Positions 50,190-64,000 of a stretch of DNA of 64,000 bases are shown here, in pieces. The position numbers were made by a program, and so were the translations under genes. The stretch's first letter is position 1. Each line of letters begins with the position of its first letter. Source of the DNA: Paraspadella gotoi (Eukaryota; Animalia; Chaetognatha); NCBI GenBank assembly GCA_051294375.1, contig CM119263.1, positions 24,356,994-24,420,993 on the forward strand. The letters run 5' to 3'. The notes below the pieces were generated by a model that saw only the letters and a program-made list of their open reading frames with translations, had not been told where the DNA came from and ran no database searches.

Positions 50190-52795
50190 TCTCTTCTCAA
50201 TCTCTCTCTCTCTCGGTCCTTTCAATGCTCTATCTCTCTCTTTAAGTCTCTTTCTAACACTTCTCTCTCTCGTGTGTAGAGGGCGCGCTTCTCGTCCTCT
50301 CTCTCTCTCTTCCGTTCTCTCTCTCTCTACTCTCTCTCTCTCTACTCTCTGTACTCTCTCTCTCTCTCTCTCTCTCATACTCTCTCTTCTCTCTCTCTTC
50401 TCTCTTTCTTTCATCTTCCACCCGTCCCGTCATTTCCGTTCGAGATATACCTCACTCGCTGACGTCTTCTTCACGCTTGCCAGCCTCTTTAAATAATTTC
50501 ATTAGTCCGCCGTCATCTACCTTAAGGAGTCCTCGTTCACCTTCACGCCATTCGAAATGTCACGTCCGTCTCGACTCTCGAGGATGCGTACTTCCATCGT
50601 AGCTCATCAAATCGAATCACATCAATTTGCATAAAAACGACGACGAGGAGCAATTCGATAGCTGGGTGGCCGTTCTGTGGGTGTGTTCGTGGTTTCATTA
50701 CTTGAAACAGGAATGCACGAACGTGTATGCCATCGCATTGAGAGACGAGAGACGCAGAGAGATGGCAGAGAGAGATGAGCAAGAGAGAGAGATCGAGAGA
50801 GCAAGACAGAGAGAGGAGATGAGAGAGAAGAGAGATGAGCAGGAGAGAAGAGAACTTTTATTTACATACATATCATTACCTACACACCTATATGATTCTT
50901 TTTTGAGAAAGAATGTTCTAACATAAATATCTGGAAAAGACTTTAATTAAAATTATTTACACCTTATCATAAAAAACGCACTTAAGAAAAAAAAAGGATA
51001 AGTCTACCACGGTTTTATGGCTTTTTAGTTATCCATAGCGGAAATTATTGAAAGAAGAAAAAAAAGAAAGACATTCGGATAACGGAAATTGAAAACAATA
51101 AAAATAAACATACCGCGACTCGGGAAAAGTAAAATAGAAATCGCCCCGACATGAAAGCATAAAAAAACAAAAAAAACAAAAGAAGATCTCTGTCAGGTAA
51201 AGATTCTCCGCGCGGAAATCTAATATTCCACTCAGGTTTCTCCACCAATACGACGCTGCGCGCTTCCTGCTATGATTTCATTGTCATTTTGTCTAAAAAA
51301 TAGAAGATTGGCCGACTGGAGACGAATGACGCAAGGCGAAAAAAAAACAAAAAGTGAAGAAAAATGAGCAAAAGCCGAGACAGAGAGGAAGTAGTGAGAG
51401 ACGATGGTGAGAGGAGAAAAAAACAAAGGGAAACAAGAATAGGCAGGACACCGGAAAAAAAGCGGGAAAAACTTATTCATATCTCCTTGCCAGTTCGAAC
51501 TCACTCGCTTCGATATTCCGATACTCGTGGTTTGGCTTGCTTCCCTCTCTCTCTCTCTCCTCTCCTCTCTCGTCTCTACCTCTCTCTCTCTCTCTCTCTC
51601 CCTCTCTCTCTCTCTATTTCTCAATTGAGTTCCTCCATTATTTCTCTCCTTTAGTTTCATTTCTATTTCCCTCTTTGTCTCCTCGTTGGATTTTCCCTTT
51701 CTCTCTTGTCTCTCTTCACTTCTCTTCTTTTCTCTTCTCATTCTCTTCTCTTTCTCTTCACTTCGCTCTTCTCTTCTCTTCTCTTCTGCTTCCTCTTCTC
51801 TTCTCTTCTCTTCCTCTTTCTTCTTCTCTTCTCTTCCTCCCATCCTTCCTCCTTCAACACATCATACTTATCTTATTAGTCGCCCTTCTTCAATTATGCC
51901 CCCGCCTGACGTGCTCCACATAAACCCACCGTTTCGTATCTCAATTCGGAATCGGATACTCCCTCGGAGCAGAAGAGGTGACATTTTTTTTCGAAGCGCA
52001 ATTACGCGTGCGTTTTCTACGTTTCGTGCGTCGCCGTCATCCGGGCGTCACTCGCGTCACCGCCGATCCATCCGGCCTTCACCGTCGGCTCAACCATCAT
52101 GTCGCCGTCACCGTCCTCTCGGGGCGGGACAGACATTATAGTCACACCGAACCTTCTCAATAAATTTCGTATTGTCTTCTTACCGATCAAAACGGTCCCA
52201 TAACGAGTCGATGCTGCTGAATCCTTTCCTGTTCGACGTCACCAGCTCTTTTCCAATAACTTCTATGGACATTAAGTTTTTTATATACACGCGAGCTTCT
52301 CCACCAGTTCTGTCTGTCTTGTAGAAACTTCAGTATAACAATTTTGATAGAATTGTGGAAATGGAAATATGGAACTTCAACTGTTTTTGATTATAGGCAA
52401 TATAGTAAAAATTGTTGATTATGCGCTTATGTTAAAATAGTTTGGTTAAATTTTTGGCGTAAATTTAGTGGTAAAAGTTTAGTAAATTTTCTAATTTTAT
52501 CTTTTTTGACATAAAACTATTATGAATTAGTAAAAATAGATAATTGTGCACCAACAGACTTGCTGAAATAGCGTGAATTTTATGTCAAATTGTGAAAGAT
52601 CAATTTGATTTGTGGTCCAAAATTGGGTTTATTCAATAATTCGATCTATCCGAAGATGGTCAATACGACAATACGTCAATCCGAAGATTAATGATTCCAA
52701 AAATCTACAAAATTTCAGATCTTACGTTGGGCGCTCCTATAGTCTCATAACTCATTTTCCCACTTTAATAATAGTAATATCCGTGCTTTATGTAG

Positions 52796-52950
52796 TAAAA
52801 TTGGGTCCAACCAATATAAGAAAATATATCCATTCATTTAATAAATAAGACTATTTTTAGCCCTAAACTTTGGGACAGGGCTTTCGCCTCGGTTTTAGTC
52901 CTCCATCACACGTACAAGGATGAATGGACGATATGCAGGTGCCCTGTCAA
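52796..52950 (-). repeat. Dispersed repeat family A, diverged copy
   Basis: CAACCAATATAAG..CATTCATTTAATAAATAAG..CCTCCATCAC is the reverse complement of the family A 3' half. Confidence 0.7.
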
Positions 52951-53677
52951 TAGTATGTCAGTGTATTTCAAATGTCTCGACTTTAAGTTCTATTTTTAGG
53001 TCGACTTCTCAATTCTCAATAAAGATAAAAAAAAGGGAAAAACACCTACCAACTTCCACCGCGCCTAACACAAACCAACGAGATTGATCAGGAGCAATAA
53101 TTAGATTTCCCCTTCATTCCTTCACGTGAGAAATTTACCGTTGGCAATCGAGACGTGAGCGATCTACTTTATCCAAACCAAACCACTTTCTATCCCGTTT
53201 GCCAATTCACCACTATCACCTTATCACACTCCTCCGTGGAGGTGATGGAGATGAAAATGGCGAACGAAATGAGATGAATCGATTTAGAGAAATCAGAAAA
53301 GCGAATTGAATCAAATCGGCGTACAATGATGCGGCATTAATTTTTAGATAAAAAAAATTTGGTTTACATTTGTAAAGAAAACAATTCCAACCAGCGTTTG
53401 AACAAAGGGGGAAAAACAATTTCTCAATGAACATTGGAATTTTTAAAAAATTCGATTGGCGAATTTTATTTTCTTTCCTACATGATAATAATAATCAGGA
53501 TCTCGACTCCTCTTTTCCCCCGACCGTCTCACCGTCTCACCGACAACTCTCCAACTCTTCCGCCTCCACCCCCCCTTATTCCGTGTCTCCCTTCAAACTA
53601 GGTAATGGAGCATTTTCGTCCATTTTCGCGGCCCATAAGCGTCGAACGCTACGAGGAATTTCTCTCTCTCTTTCTCT

Positions 53678-53728
<51 letters not shown>

Positions 53729-53741
53729 CTCTCTTCTTCTC

Positions 53742-53776
<35 letters not shown>

Positions 53777-55638
53777 CTCTCTTCGCTCCGAGTTTATCTT
53801 TTGTTTCTTTCGATTTTTTTTTTGGGGTGTTTTGTTTTCTTTTATCTCTTTCGCTCTCGCTCGTCGCAAAACACATCGTCTTTCTCATCGTCGTTTGTTT
53901 CTTTCCGTGTCTGTTCTTTATTTGTGTCCCTAATGTACTTTCTCATTAAAAACCCCCGCGGCGTCGTCGGGGGTCGATCCTCATATTCAAATGCTCCCAA
54001 CTAACTCTCCCTTCTCTTTTCCTCCGCAGAGAAAGAAAGCTGTTTGTCTCTCTCTCCCTCTCTCTTTTCCTCTCTCTCTCTTACTTTCTCTCTCTCTCCG
54101 CCAACTCTCCCCGCATCATCGTCATTCGGTCCGCCATCTTGTTTGGGACTCACGATGCGCCAGCCGGCGACGACTGGCGACGGCGACCGAAAACTTGGAT
54201 CCGGGAAGAAAAACAAAAGAGCAACGTTGAGCGGAGAAGAAGATGCTGGCGTCAAAAACTCAATACAGAGAAGATAACGCCGCCGCTAGGAATCTTAACT
54301 ATACGCCCTTCAAAAATGGACACGCTAACTCATCCGCTAAAATATAGTAAGCAGTAACTACTGTACTTTTTACTCTCCCCGCTCTCTCTCTCTCTCTCTC
54401 TCTGCTCTCTCCTCTCTCCTCCTCTCTTCTCGCTCTCTCTCTCTCTCTCTCTTCTTTCCTCTTCCGTCTATAATCTAAATTATTTTCACTTTTCACTCCG
54501 ATAAATATCAAAATTATAAACATAAAAAATTATATCATTTCATAAAACAACAACGTGCAGCTAGATTTCAACTTAAATTCAAATCGTTAATTTTGATAAA
54601 GTATTTCTAAAAGTTGGTCCCTCATTAACGAAAGGGGAAGAGAGACGATACAAAGCTCGTCCCGTCGACGAGACGATAGAACAGTTGATTGCCGCGTTTA
54701 TTGGCCGGGAGAATGAGATAGAAAAAAAAGGGAAGCGGTTACCATGACGACGAGGACGCAATCAATCAAACGATCGAAGCGTCATTAACCTTCCCGACGA
54801 AGGAATCATTCGACGTAAGGGCTTATCAAAGACTCATCGGCGGAATACCTAACGAACACGGCCCCACCGGATTGGAAAAGAAAAAAAGTTTATATTTAAG
54901 AAAGAAAAAAAAATAAAGATGGAAATAATGAAAGGAAAAAAAAGGAAAGTAAAAATATTAAAAAATGAATATGGGAGAGAAAGGGAGATAAAATAAAACA
55001 AGTAATCGAGAATGAAAGAGAGAGAGAAAAGTCCGGCTTTGAAACAGAGAGAGGAAGAGGGAGAAAAAAGGAAAAAAAGAAAGAAAGGAAGAAAGATAGA
55101 GAGAGAGAGAGAGACAGACAGAGAGAGAGAGATACCATCGAATGTCTTTCATCGAATCCTTTTAGCGAGAAATTCTCATTACTATTCATGAGCGAAGGTA
55201 ATGGAGGGAACTTTCCCTTTTTTTATTTCTTCTCATTTTTTTTTAATTCTCTTTTCTTTCTCTGTCTCATTCGTCTCCTCTTTTTTTTTTCGTCAAGAAA
55301 AGAGGAAAACCGTGTTCAACTCGAAGAAGCGCCCGCGTGATCCGGATATCAGTTGCCGAATTTTAGAAAGAGCTAGGCATCTACCGATACGAGGAAAATG
55401 TGATGAAAAAGGCGTGGAATAAAACTTTATTTAATCATTTAAAAAGACGTAAACCTTTGAAAATTAAAAAGAGCTGCATGCAACAAAAAAAGTATTCAAA
55501 ACAGGGCGCTCCCTATCCCGATGCGCTCGAATGAAGAGAGACCCTCAAACAAATTCTTTTTTTTTTCTCATACGAGAAGGGTTGAGCATGAAAGTAAAAT
55601 TAGAAAATTAAATAAAAGAAAAAGAGGATAAGAAGAGC

Positions 55639-55684
<46 letters not shown>

Positions 55685-56486
55685 TAGAATGACGAGGATG
55701 AAAAATAACAGTGAAAACAGAAAGGGATCTCGATTCCAAGGACGATTTTCTTCAACATATTTTCACTCAATCTTTATCTATTCTCCCTTGTTATCTTCCA
55801 TCCTCTGGCACCCTCTCCCTCTCCCTCTCTGCCTCTCTCCCTCTCATCTGGCTCCCTCACGTTTTCAAGGTCGCGAGATTTCTCTTCTCCACAATTTTAT
55901 TCAGCTCGTCGTCCGCCTCTTCGCGCCTCGAGGCGTCTCCCTCCCTTTCACTGGGTTAATGTCATTTTATCTCCGACGCCGACGACTTATTTCTATCTCT
56001 CTCTTTTTAAACGCTCTCTCTGTCTCTGTCTCTATCTGGTCAACCATTTTTCCTAATGATTAATTTGTACGGACGATGGCTTCGCTTTACTGTTTAATTG
56101 TCGAGAACAGACCTTACAAATACAATGGCGCCAAAATCTTTTAATTCGTTTTCAGTGTTATTCGCGAAAATATTCCGTATTATTTTTCTCTTGTTACATG
56201 TATCTTTTTTTTATCTCCCGTCTCATGTTTTAATTGTTTTCGTTTTAGCCTCTCATACTTTCATTCTTCCAATTTTCTTTCCCTCTTATCCGCTCAGATT
56301 TTTCACTTGCTCATTTTTCTTCTTAACTCTCAATCTATTTTCCTTCTTTAACTTTTTTCTCTTCCCTTTTTATTTCTTCTTTCACCCCGCCCTTTTCTCT
56401 TTTTTCTTTTCCCTTCTCCCTTCTCTCTTATTTCTCATCTTTTTTCTTTACCGTTCTTTTTCTTTTTTCCGCTTTCTCGCTTTATC

Positions 56487-56787
56487 TTTTTCTCACCTTT
56501 TCCATTTTCTCGCTCTCACCCTTTTATCTTTTCCCTGCTCACTTTTTCTCTTTCCCTTTTCGAGCTCACCTTTTTTTCTTTTTTCTCACCTTTTCCATTT
56601 TCTCGCTCTCTCTTTTATCTTTTCCCTGCTCACTTTTTCTCTTTCCCTTTTCTAGCTCACGCTTTTTTCTTTTTTCTCACCTTTTCCCTTCTCCCTTTTC
56701 TCTTTTCCCTTTTCCCTTTTCCCTTTTCCCTTTTCCCTTTTCCCTTTTCCCTTTTCCCTTTTCCCTTTTCCCTTTTCCCTTTTCCCT
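56487..56787 (+). repeat. Polypyrimidine ~92-bp tandem repeat (2+ copies) followed by (CCCTTTT)n
   Basis: TCTCACCTTTTCC recurs at 56491, 56584 and 56675. The heptamer array runs from about 56700 to 56787. Confidence 0.85.
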
Positions 56788-57608
56788 ATTCTCTTTTTTT
56801 CTCACCTTCCCGCGCACGGATCGATTCTTCATTGTTTCAAACTAATAAATCTTCTCTCCTTTCTCACTCTTGAACAAACGACGCCCGATTCCCCATTTGT
56901 TTTTATGACGAAAAGGCCACCGACGCCGCCGACGCCGCCGACGCCGCCGACGCCACCGACACCGCCGCAGCTGATTTCGCCGCCGATTTAGTTTTCGCCG
57001 CCGCAGTCGCTTTTTACCGCCGCCAGTTGGGCCGCCGCCGCTTCCAGTTTGTTTCACGTTTCAGCAGCGGCCGCCGCCTTCGTCCCGGCCGCCGCTGCCG
57101 CTCCCCGCCGAGCCGGCGCCGCTTCGAGCTGTGGCGTCGACGCGTTTTCACTTTGTTGTGATGAATGAAGTGAAGTTCCTCCCGCAGCCTCAAGTGTGAA
57201 CAAAAAAAAGAGTCACTTGAAAATAGAAACAAAAAGTTCGAAATTGTTTATAAGTAAAAATAAAAAAAATATGAGTGCCGGAGTCAAATGCTGTAGCCGA
57301 CGCCTCATCTCCGAATACATTAGTCCCGGGTTCCAGCCGCTCCTACATAGAGGTTTCCTAAAGAAATGAAACTGACGAAAAAATCCCCTACACCCTGTGG
57401 GCAAATTAAGTGTGGGGCCTATCCACGCCAGCATAAGGGCATGGCGACCCCCTTTATTCATTTCGATTTCAATATAAATTTCACGGCCCAATTTGAATTG
57501 GTTATCTACTTAAATTCCGTAGATCCCTCTGCGAGCTGTCGAGAAAATGCAGCCTTGAACCACCTGCAATTCACTCACGCTTCGTTCACGAAAGCGATTT
57601 GAGACCGA

Positions 57609-57623
57609 CGTTGCTAAGCAACG
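57609..57623. promoter_or_regulatory. RFX X-box-like palindrome
   Basis: CGTTGCTAAGCAACG, a near-perfect palindrome matching the GTTGCN-N-RGCAAC RFX consensus. Confidence 0.45.
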
Positions 57624-57797
57624 GGCGAAATTCCTTCGAAGAGAGAGAAAAAAACAAGTTTCGTCGTCTTCATCGTTAAATGAGACGAGAAAAGAAGCAG
57701 TTAAGTCTAATTCCGCCCGATTTCGTTTTTCACAAAAATTGTGAAATTGAGATCGGAATTCATTTGCGTGAGACAGTTGAACAACTTTGGGTTCTTT

Positions 57798-57833
<36 letters not shown>

Positions 57834-57873
57834 CGCTCTCTCTCTCTCTCTCTCTCTCCTCTTTCTCTTCTCA

Positions 57874-57914
<41 letters not shown>

Positions 57915-58250
57915 CAATCTTTTTTTATTTCTGTTTCTTTTCTTTTCACTTTCTTTTTCTCCCTCTCTCCCCCTCTCTCACTCCCTCTATTTTTTACTCC
58001 GTTTTTTTTCTGTCCAATAGTCTGTCTCCAAAGTCCATCTGTCCGTTTCAAGTTCGTCTTTTCCGTTTCTCTCTTTCCATTATTCCTCCTTTCTACTCGA
58101 TCCTAGAGACAAACGTTTTTTACTTAAATAATTTTAAAAAATCGTTAAAAAAAAAAATTTCGAATCGTTGCGCTGTTATATTCTTAAAAAGAATTTTTTT
58201 TTCGCTCTCCCTTTTCTTCTTCCTCCTCTCTTTTCTTCTTCTTCTTTATC

Positions 58251-59191
58251 TTAAGGGGACCCAGTGATAAAATTGAGTATCATAAGCTTAAGGTCTATCA
58301 TCAAAGGAATTTGCAAATGTGAGAGTCTTAATTTGCTGTTGCCACGGAGAAAGCTGCGCAAAATAAATTCCTATATCTCTATTGCAGCGCGAGAAACGAA
58401 AAATTTAATAATTATGAAAAAACAAAAATTAGGTTGACCCTACCTAAATATTTATATAACCATTATTTATTTTTGCATTAGAAAGTATTTTTTATAAAAT
58501 TCCAAATTTTATTTACTTAACAAAGCTAGTAATTTTAGGTTTAAGCTCATTGAACACAACGGTAACAAGGACTAAAATACTTTTTATTTTATATTTACTT
58601 AAAGAGCAGACTCTAAATCAAACCCATAAATTCTATTCTTACAGTCTAATACAAAACCTTTAATAATTATTAATAATATTCATATTCATCCCTTAAAATG
58701 TATTAATTAACACAAACCTTTAATTTTTATTGATTCCTAAGTTATAAACAATTAAAAAAATTAGCAAAATTATAGAATCTTTCTCTCTCTTTTATATTTA
58801 TATTACTTCAAAGAGTTTTATTTTCATCAATTAACAGGAATCCATCTTGAGAAAGAGAAGTTTAAATACAAAATCAGTCCGATACCTTAAATTTTGATTC
58901 ATTCCTAGTTTTATGCTTATAAATTTTTGTGATAAAAGCTTGAAAATCTTTTAAAATTAAAATTCTTACCCTTTGGAAAAAAGAAAGTTTAAACTTGAAA
59001 AAGATTTTCTTCTTACCCGATTTTTTAAAGAAAATTAAGGCTCATGATTTTATCCAAATTTTTACAACGCTTTCCCAAATGATTTATAGAAGAAAATATT
59101 ATATGATCGAGAACCAGCTTAAGTTAAAGGGTGCAAACGGTTATGCTTTCAGCCTTTTTAACCCCCCTGTTCCACTTGGTCCGCCTCTTAA
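58251..59191. mobile_element. Possible degenerate TTAA-bounded TIR element
   Basis: TTAAGGGGACCCAGTG at the left and CACTTGGTCCGCCTCTTAA at the right (imperfect, gapped match) enclose an AT-rich block lacking long microsatellites. Confidence 0.3.
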
Positions 59192-60274
59192 AGGCTAAGA
59201 AGAGAAGATTTTTGCATGACAAAAAGTCTCGCCGAGACGATGGAGAGAGATGAAGAGAGAGGAGGCAGAGAGAGAGATGAGAGAGAGAGAGAGGAGAGTG
59301 AGGAAGAGAGAGAAAGGAGAGAAGAAAGAAGATAATTTCTCTCTTCTTTTGCGTAAAAGGGGTTTAGGTCCCGACAAAAAATCGGGACAACTAAAGGATG
59401 ACAGAGAGAAAGAAGGATTGAAAAAGACAAGAAGACGAAAAGAAATGCCGGCGAAATGTGGGAATAGAAAGAATAAGAATTGAGAAAGGAGGAAGGAGAG
59501 TACAATTGAACCGCGTCATGCGGGTAAATAAAACAAAAAAGAAATAGCTTATAAGCGTCATTTCAATCGTCCCGGCATCGGAAAACAGGAGATTAGGACC
59601 TGTTCTCCCAGCCCCCCACCATAAAAAACAAAAAAATTCGTATTCAGCAGATCACTGAAACCAATTGATTCCAGCAAATGTGGATTTAATGCAATTCAAA
59701 TTGCTTCGTCACTGCTTCCACGACGAACAGTCGATAAAAAACAACAGTTAGGAAACGAAGTGAGTTTAAATTGAGACGAGAATCTAAGTCGTTTTCAAGT
59801 TTAAACACTTCCCCGTTTCTCTCAGGCCGGAAAAGCAATTTTGCTTAGTAGTCGTTGTCGATGCGTTTGTTTTGACTCACTGATGTTGAATGCTGTTGCG
59901 ATGCTCTCTTAACTCGGCAAAAGGATAAGCGTCACAGTTCATCCCAGTACAGTTGTTTGCATCATTGGCTACGGATTAAAAAAAAAAAATACAAGAATGC
60001 TTTATATTCAACATTCGTCGTCTTGGCCTCGATAAGATTCTCGTCGTCTTCATTGTCATCTCCGTCTTGGACTCGATCGTTGTCATCTTCGTCGTCCTCG
60101 TCTTCGTCGTCGTCGTCGTCGTCGTCGTCGTCAACTTCTTCGTCGTCCTCTTGATCGTCTTCGTCGGCGTCGTCTTCATCGTCGTCATCATCTTTAAGGT
60201 TATCTCCGCCACCGAGGTCGCCGTAGATCATTTTTATCCTCGTCCATCTCATCCTTTTCCTTCAACGGACCCCA

Positions 60275-60329
60275 TGACCAACGACCAACGACCAACGACC
60301 AATGACCAACTACCAACGACCAATGACCA
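60275..60329 (+). repeat. 7-bp tandem repeat (ACGACCA), about 8 copies
   Basis: ATGACCAACGACCAACGACCAACGACCAATGACCAACTACCAACGACCAATGACCA. Confidence 0.9.
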
Positions 60330-60663
60330 TGTTGCTCTCCTCATCTTTGTGGTCAAAAACCCGTCTTCTTCCTTTTCTGACGGTGGCGGGTGACAGGGTG
60401 GGGGTTTTGGTGGTAGCTGTGGGGGAGGTTGAAGCGAGCCTCCAAATGTGGCTAACAAAGAACATAAAATAAATGTTTTTACGTGTCATGTTTTTTTTCT
60501 TAGTCCCTCTTGATACAAATTTATGTCTTGCGAGATTGTCGTCGTCGTCGTCGTCGTCGTTGTCGTCGTCGTCGTCATTATATCTCTTTTTTTCAAACGG
60601 AATCCACAAAATTGACACGGGATTACTGTTCATCGTTTAAGCCTTCGTCTTATCCCGACTAAT

Positions 60664-60718
<55 letters not shown>

Positions 60719-60815
60719 TTCTCTCTGTGTATCACCCTGGGCTTGTCCCTGTCTCTCTCTGTCACTTTCTTTCTTTCCTTATTTCTTTATTTCTTTATTT
60801 CTTTATTTCTTTATT

Positions 60816-60854
<39 letters not shown>

Positions 60855-61364
60855 AAACCAATGGCATCTTTATTCAGCAGCTTTTTCCAAGTTAAAAAGT
60901 TGTCGCAGTATTCGTCATCGCTTTTAAAAAATAAATACTAACTCCATCCAAAATTCATTTCCTCTTTTCCAACGCACCAATCGCGAGATCAAACAGCTTG
61001 ACAGATTTAATCCTGACCAGTAGGCGACGATATCAAATAGGCTTTGAGGAAGCTTGTGAGCTTTCAAGATTCATATACGAACCCGCCTCGCGCCAACAAC
61101 CTTCCTGCGGCTCCATGCACTTAGCTACGTTGGTAACGGAGGCCGGTAATCGTCGTCGTCATGGCGGTCGTCGTTGTCATCGTCGTCTTGCTCACCTCGA
61201 CCGTTGACTACATCCGGGTAAAACCGGGCAACATCCGGAGGGTAAGCCGCTCTATTTTTAACTCATTTTAACTCATTAACAACTCAATAAAGAATTAAAC
61301 GGAGTCTGGAGAATGAGCTGAGGGGGAGACGCTCCCGCGGCGAGAGCGGAAACAGAGAGCGAAC

Positions 61365-61427
<63 letters not shown>

Positions 61428-61727
61428 GAGAGAGAGAGACAGTGAAGAGGATCTAGAGTGGGATTCCTCGATGAGATTGCGTCGAGCAAATTTAAATTAC
61501 AACCTCGGATGGAGTTGGAACGACAGGAGAATGAGTAAGAGAGAGAGGAGAAGAGAGAGAGAGGAGAGAGAGAAGAGAGAGAGAGAGAGGAGAAGAAAAG
61601 AGAGCGATCCGGATGAGCCGAGATAAGCGAGAAGCAGGAAAAAACTAGTGGAAACGATAAGAAAGACATTTATGAATAAATCGAATATCGTGTTTAAATA
61701 CCATTTCATGATTCTATATAGTTCTCT

Positions 61728-61803
<76 letters not shown>

Positions 61804-62756
61804 CCCTGCATCTCTATATCCATAAATCAAAAGAGTCGTGAGCCTCATGTGTCAGCGGAGTGTTTATTATCTCTCTGTCTCTCTCTTTGCATTCGCATCT
61901 TCCTCGTCTCTGTCTCAGTGTCTCCTCTCTCTGTCATTCCGTCACTCACAAAGGCGAAGCGTCTCAACAAGTCTCGGAAAAAACGAAAGCAGAAACGCGT
62001 AAAGCGTTGGGTTTTACTCACCCTCGACCGGCACTGCTCGAGGACGTCGGTTGCCACCCACGACCCAATTTAAACTTACCCGATTTCCCTCACCTAAATC
62101 TCGTCTTAACTCACCAAAAACTTGAGAGGTTTTCCTTCCTTCCTTTCTTTAATTCTTTCGGTTTTTCTTTTTTCTTTTTCTTTCCTTCTTCATTTTTCTT
62201 CTTCTCTTCGTTTTTCTTTATTTTTCATCCTTTCCTTTTTTTCTTATTTATTTCTTTCCTAATATCTTCTTTCCTTTTTTTCTTTCCTTTTTTACTTCTT
62301 TACTTATTTTCTTACTTTGTTCTTTCATCTATTTTTTTCTTTCTTTCCTTCTTTTCTTCATTTTCATATCTCTCTCATTTTTATTTCCTTCTTCCTTTCT
62401 TCTCTTTTCTGTTTATCTTCACTTCTTTCTTCCTTTCTTCTTTTTCTTTTCTCCTTTCCTTTCTCCTTTCCTTCTTTCCTCCGAACTCCGTTTACCCTAA
62501 ATCTTTCCTTTTTTTTTCTCGATCCTCGTAAAATTTTTCTTGAGATTTTTTACGAGTGAGTCGCTGCTGTTGAGGCTTGAAAACAAGAATCTCTCGCGTA
62601 CATTCGAATCACAGTCGTAATAAAATTTGTTATGTTGCGCTTAGCTGTGATTGATTGATAATGATTGGTAAATTAAATGCGATAAAATATTAAATAACAC
62701 GGTTCATGTTTATTGAACATAATGAAGATTATTAAGGAACACGTAAGACGTAAAAA

Positions 62757-63240
62757 CCTTTTATACCTTTTATAGGGAAGGCAATGTGAATAAACGAGAC
62801 TCCTAGAGAGTCTTTATTGAAGCTTGACGGACCTGCTATGTCATTATCTTGGTAAGTAGTGATTGAGGCCTTAAACACAAAGCCTGCCAAATTTAGGGCA
62901 AGATAGAGCTGATATTATTAGAATGAATTTGATAATTTATATATTGGTTGTTACCAATTTCATAAAATCANNNNNNNNNNNNNNNNNNNNNNNNNNNNNN
63001 NNNNNNNNNNNNNNNNNNNNNNNNNNNNNNNNNNNNNNNNNNNNNNNNNNNNNNNNNNNNNNNNNNNNNNNNNNNNNNNNNNNNNNAGGCAGATGTGAAT
63101 AAACGAGACTCCTAGAGAGTCTTTATTGGAAGAGTGATTGAGGCCTTAAACCACTAAAGCCTGTCCAAATTTAGGGGCAAGATAGCTGACTATTTATTAA
63201 ATGAATTGATAATTTATATATTGGTTGTACCAATTTCATA
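62757..63240 (+). repeat. Family A copy, represented twice on either side of an N-gap
   Basis: About 62780-62964 and 63087-63240 share TGTGAATAAACGAGACTCCTAGAGAGTCTTTATTG and the family A core. They differ by small indels and one ~35-bp block, so this is probably one locus assembled twice. Confidence 0.75.
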
Positions 63241-63637
63241 AATAGAAAAATTAGAAAATGAGAATATTAGTTCTGGCTCAGTGGTAAAGAAAGGTATTGT
63301 TTAAATATCGCTGTTTGCTTCATCGAATCATTGATATATTCTTTAGATTGATGGGAAAAGTTTCGTTTATCTAAATATCGTATTAGAATACATGAAATTA
63401 AAATAAATGTTATTGGTGGNNNNNNNNNNNNNNNNNNNNNNNNNNNNNNNNNNNNNNNNNNNNNNNNNNNNNNNNNNNNNNNNNNNNNNNNNNNNNNNNN
63501 NNNNNNNNNNNNNNNNNNNNNNNNNNNNNNNNNNNNNNNNNNNNNNNNNNNNTTTTTTTTCGCGAAAGACGATGAGGAGTCTTCTCGACGATCCCTGCTC
63601 GGGCGACAACGAGGACGACGAAGCAATTTCACGATTG

Positions 63638-63674
<37 letters not shown>

Positions 63675-63789
63675 NNNNNNNNNNNNNNNNNNNNNNNNNN
63701 NNNNNNNNNNNNNNNNNNNNNNNNNNNNNNNNNNNNNNNNNNNNNNNNNNNNNNNNNNNNNNNNNNNNNNNNNNNNNNNNNNNNNNNNN

Positions 63790-63820
<31 letters not shown>

Positions 63821-64000
63821 GTGTCCCGTCTCATCTTCTCAACAGCTCAGGCATCCATATTCATCACAATTCTAATTTTCTTTTTCTTTTCTCCTTCTTT
63901 CTTTTTATCTATGGTGTTAATCAAAAGAGGGGGTAATTATAGATGCGCCGCGTCAGCAGAGTGGGCGTGGCCCCGTCCGCCGCCTCAGTTTGCGCCGCCG

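Noticed and set aside
51190-51204. 15-nt match to miR-8/200 family sequence (CTGTCAGGTAAAGAT)
   Set aside because: The seed AATACTG is absent and there is no pre-miRNA hairpin or star arm.
56915-57145. GCC-rich island with (CCGACGCCG)n that reads as poly-Ala/Arg
   Set aside because: Low complexity, with no consistent long frame or splice signals; treated as a CpG-rich repeat.

Overview
Gene-poor, gapped scaffold segment from a eukaryote, most likely an invertebrate animal. Three sequence types alternate: (AG)n/(CT)n and (GAC)n microsatellites (over 40 AG/CT tracts by eye), short CpG-rich patches carrying animal transcription-factor motifs, and AT-rich remnants of non-autonomous DNA transposons. 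Nearly all ORFs in the supplied track are microsatellite artefacts. The one convincing coding sequence is a single-exon 286-aa ORF (47017-47877, +). It encodes a putative RING E3 ligase with an unusual build: a HERC2-N-terminal-like Cys cluster, two ZZ/C1-like zinc modules, a PTAP motif, a coiled coil and a Mind bomb/RGLG-type C-terminal RING. Three full CRE sites, one of them an ETS-CRE composite, lie upstream. Mobile elements: two DINE-1/HINE-like (Helentron-associated) copies, one interrupted by a TA-flanked Tc1/mariner-type MITE with the other copy showing the empty site; a 0.6-kb foldback element; a small TA MITE; and an unclassified dispersed family at about five loci, including an inverted pair. 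Several duplications flank N-gaps and are probably assembly or haplotype artefacts. No tRNA, rRNA, CRISPR array or multi-gene novel system is supportable from this window. Family assignments are from memory and eye alignment, not database searches.
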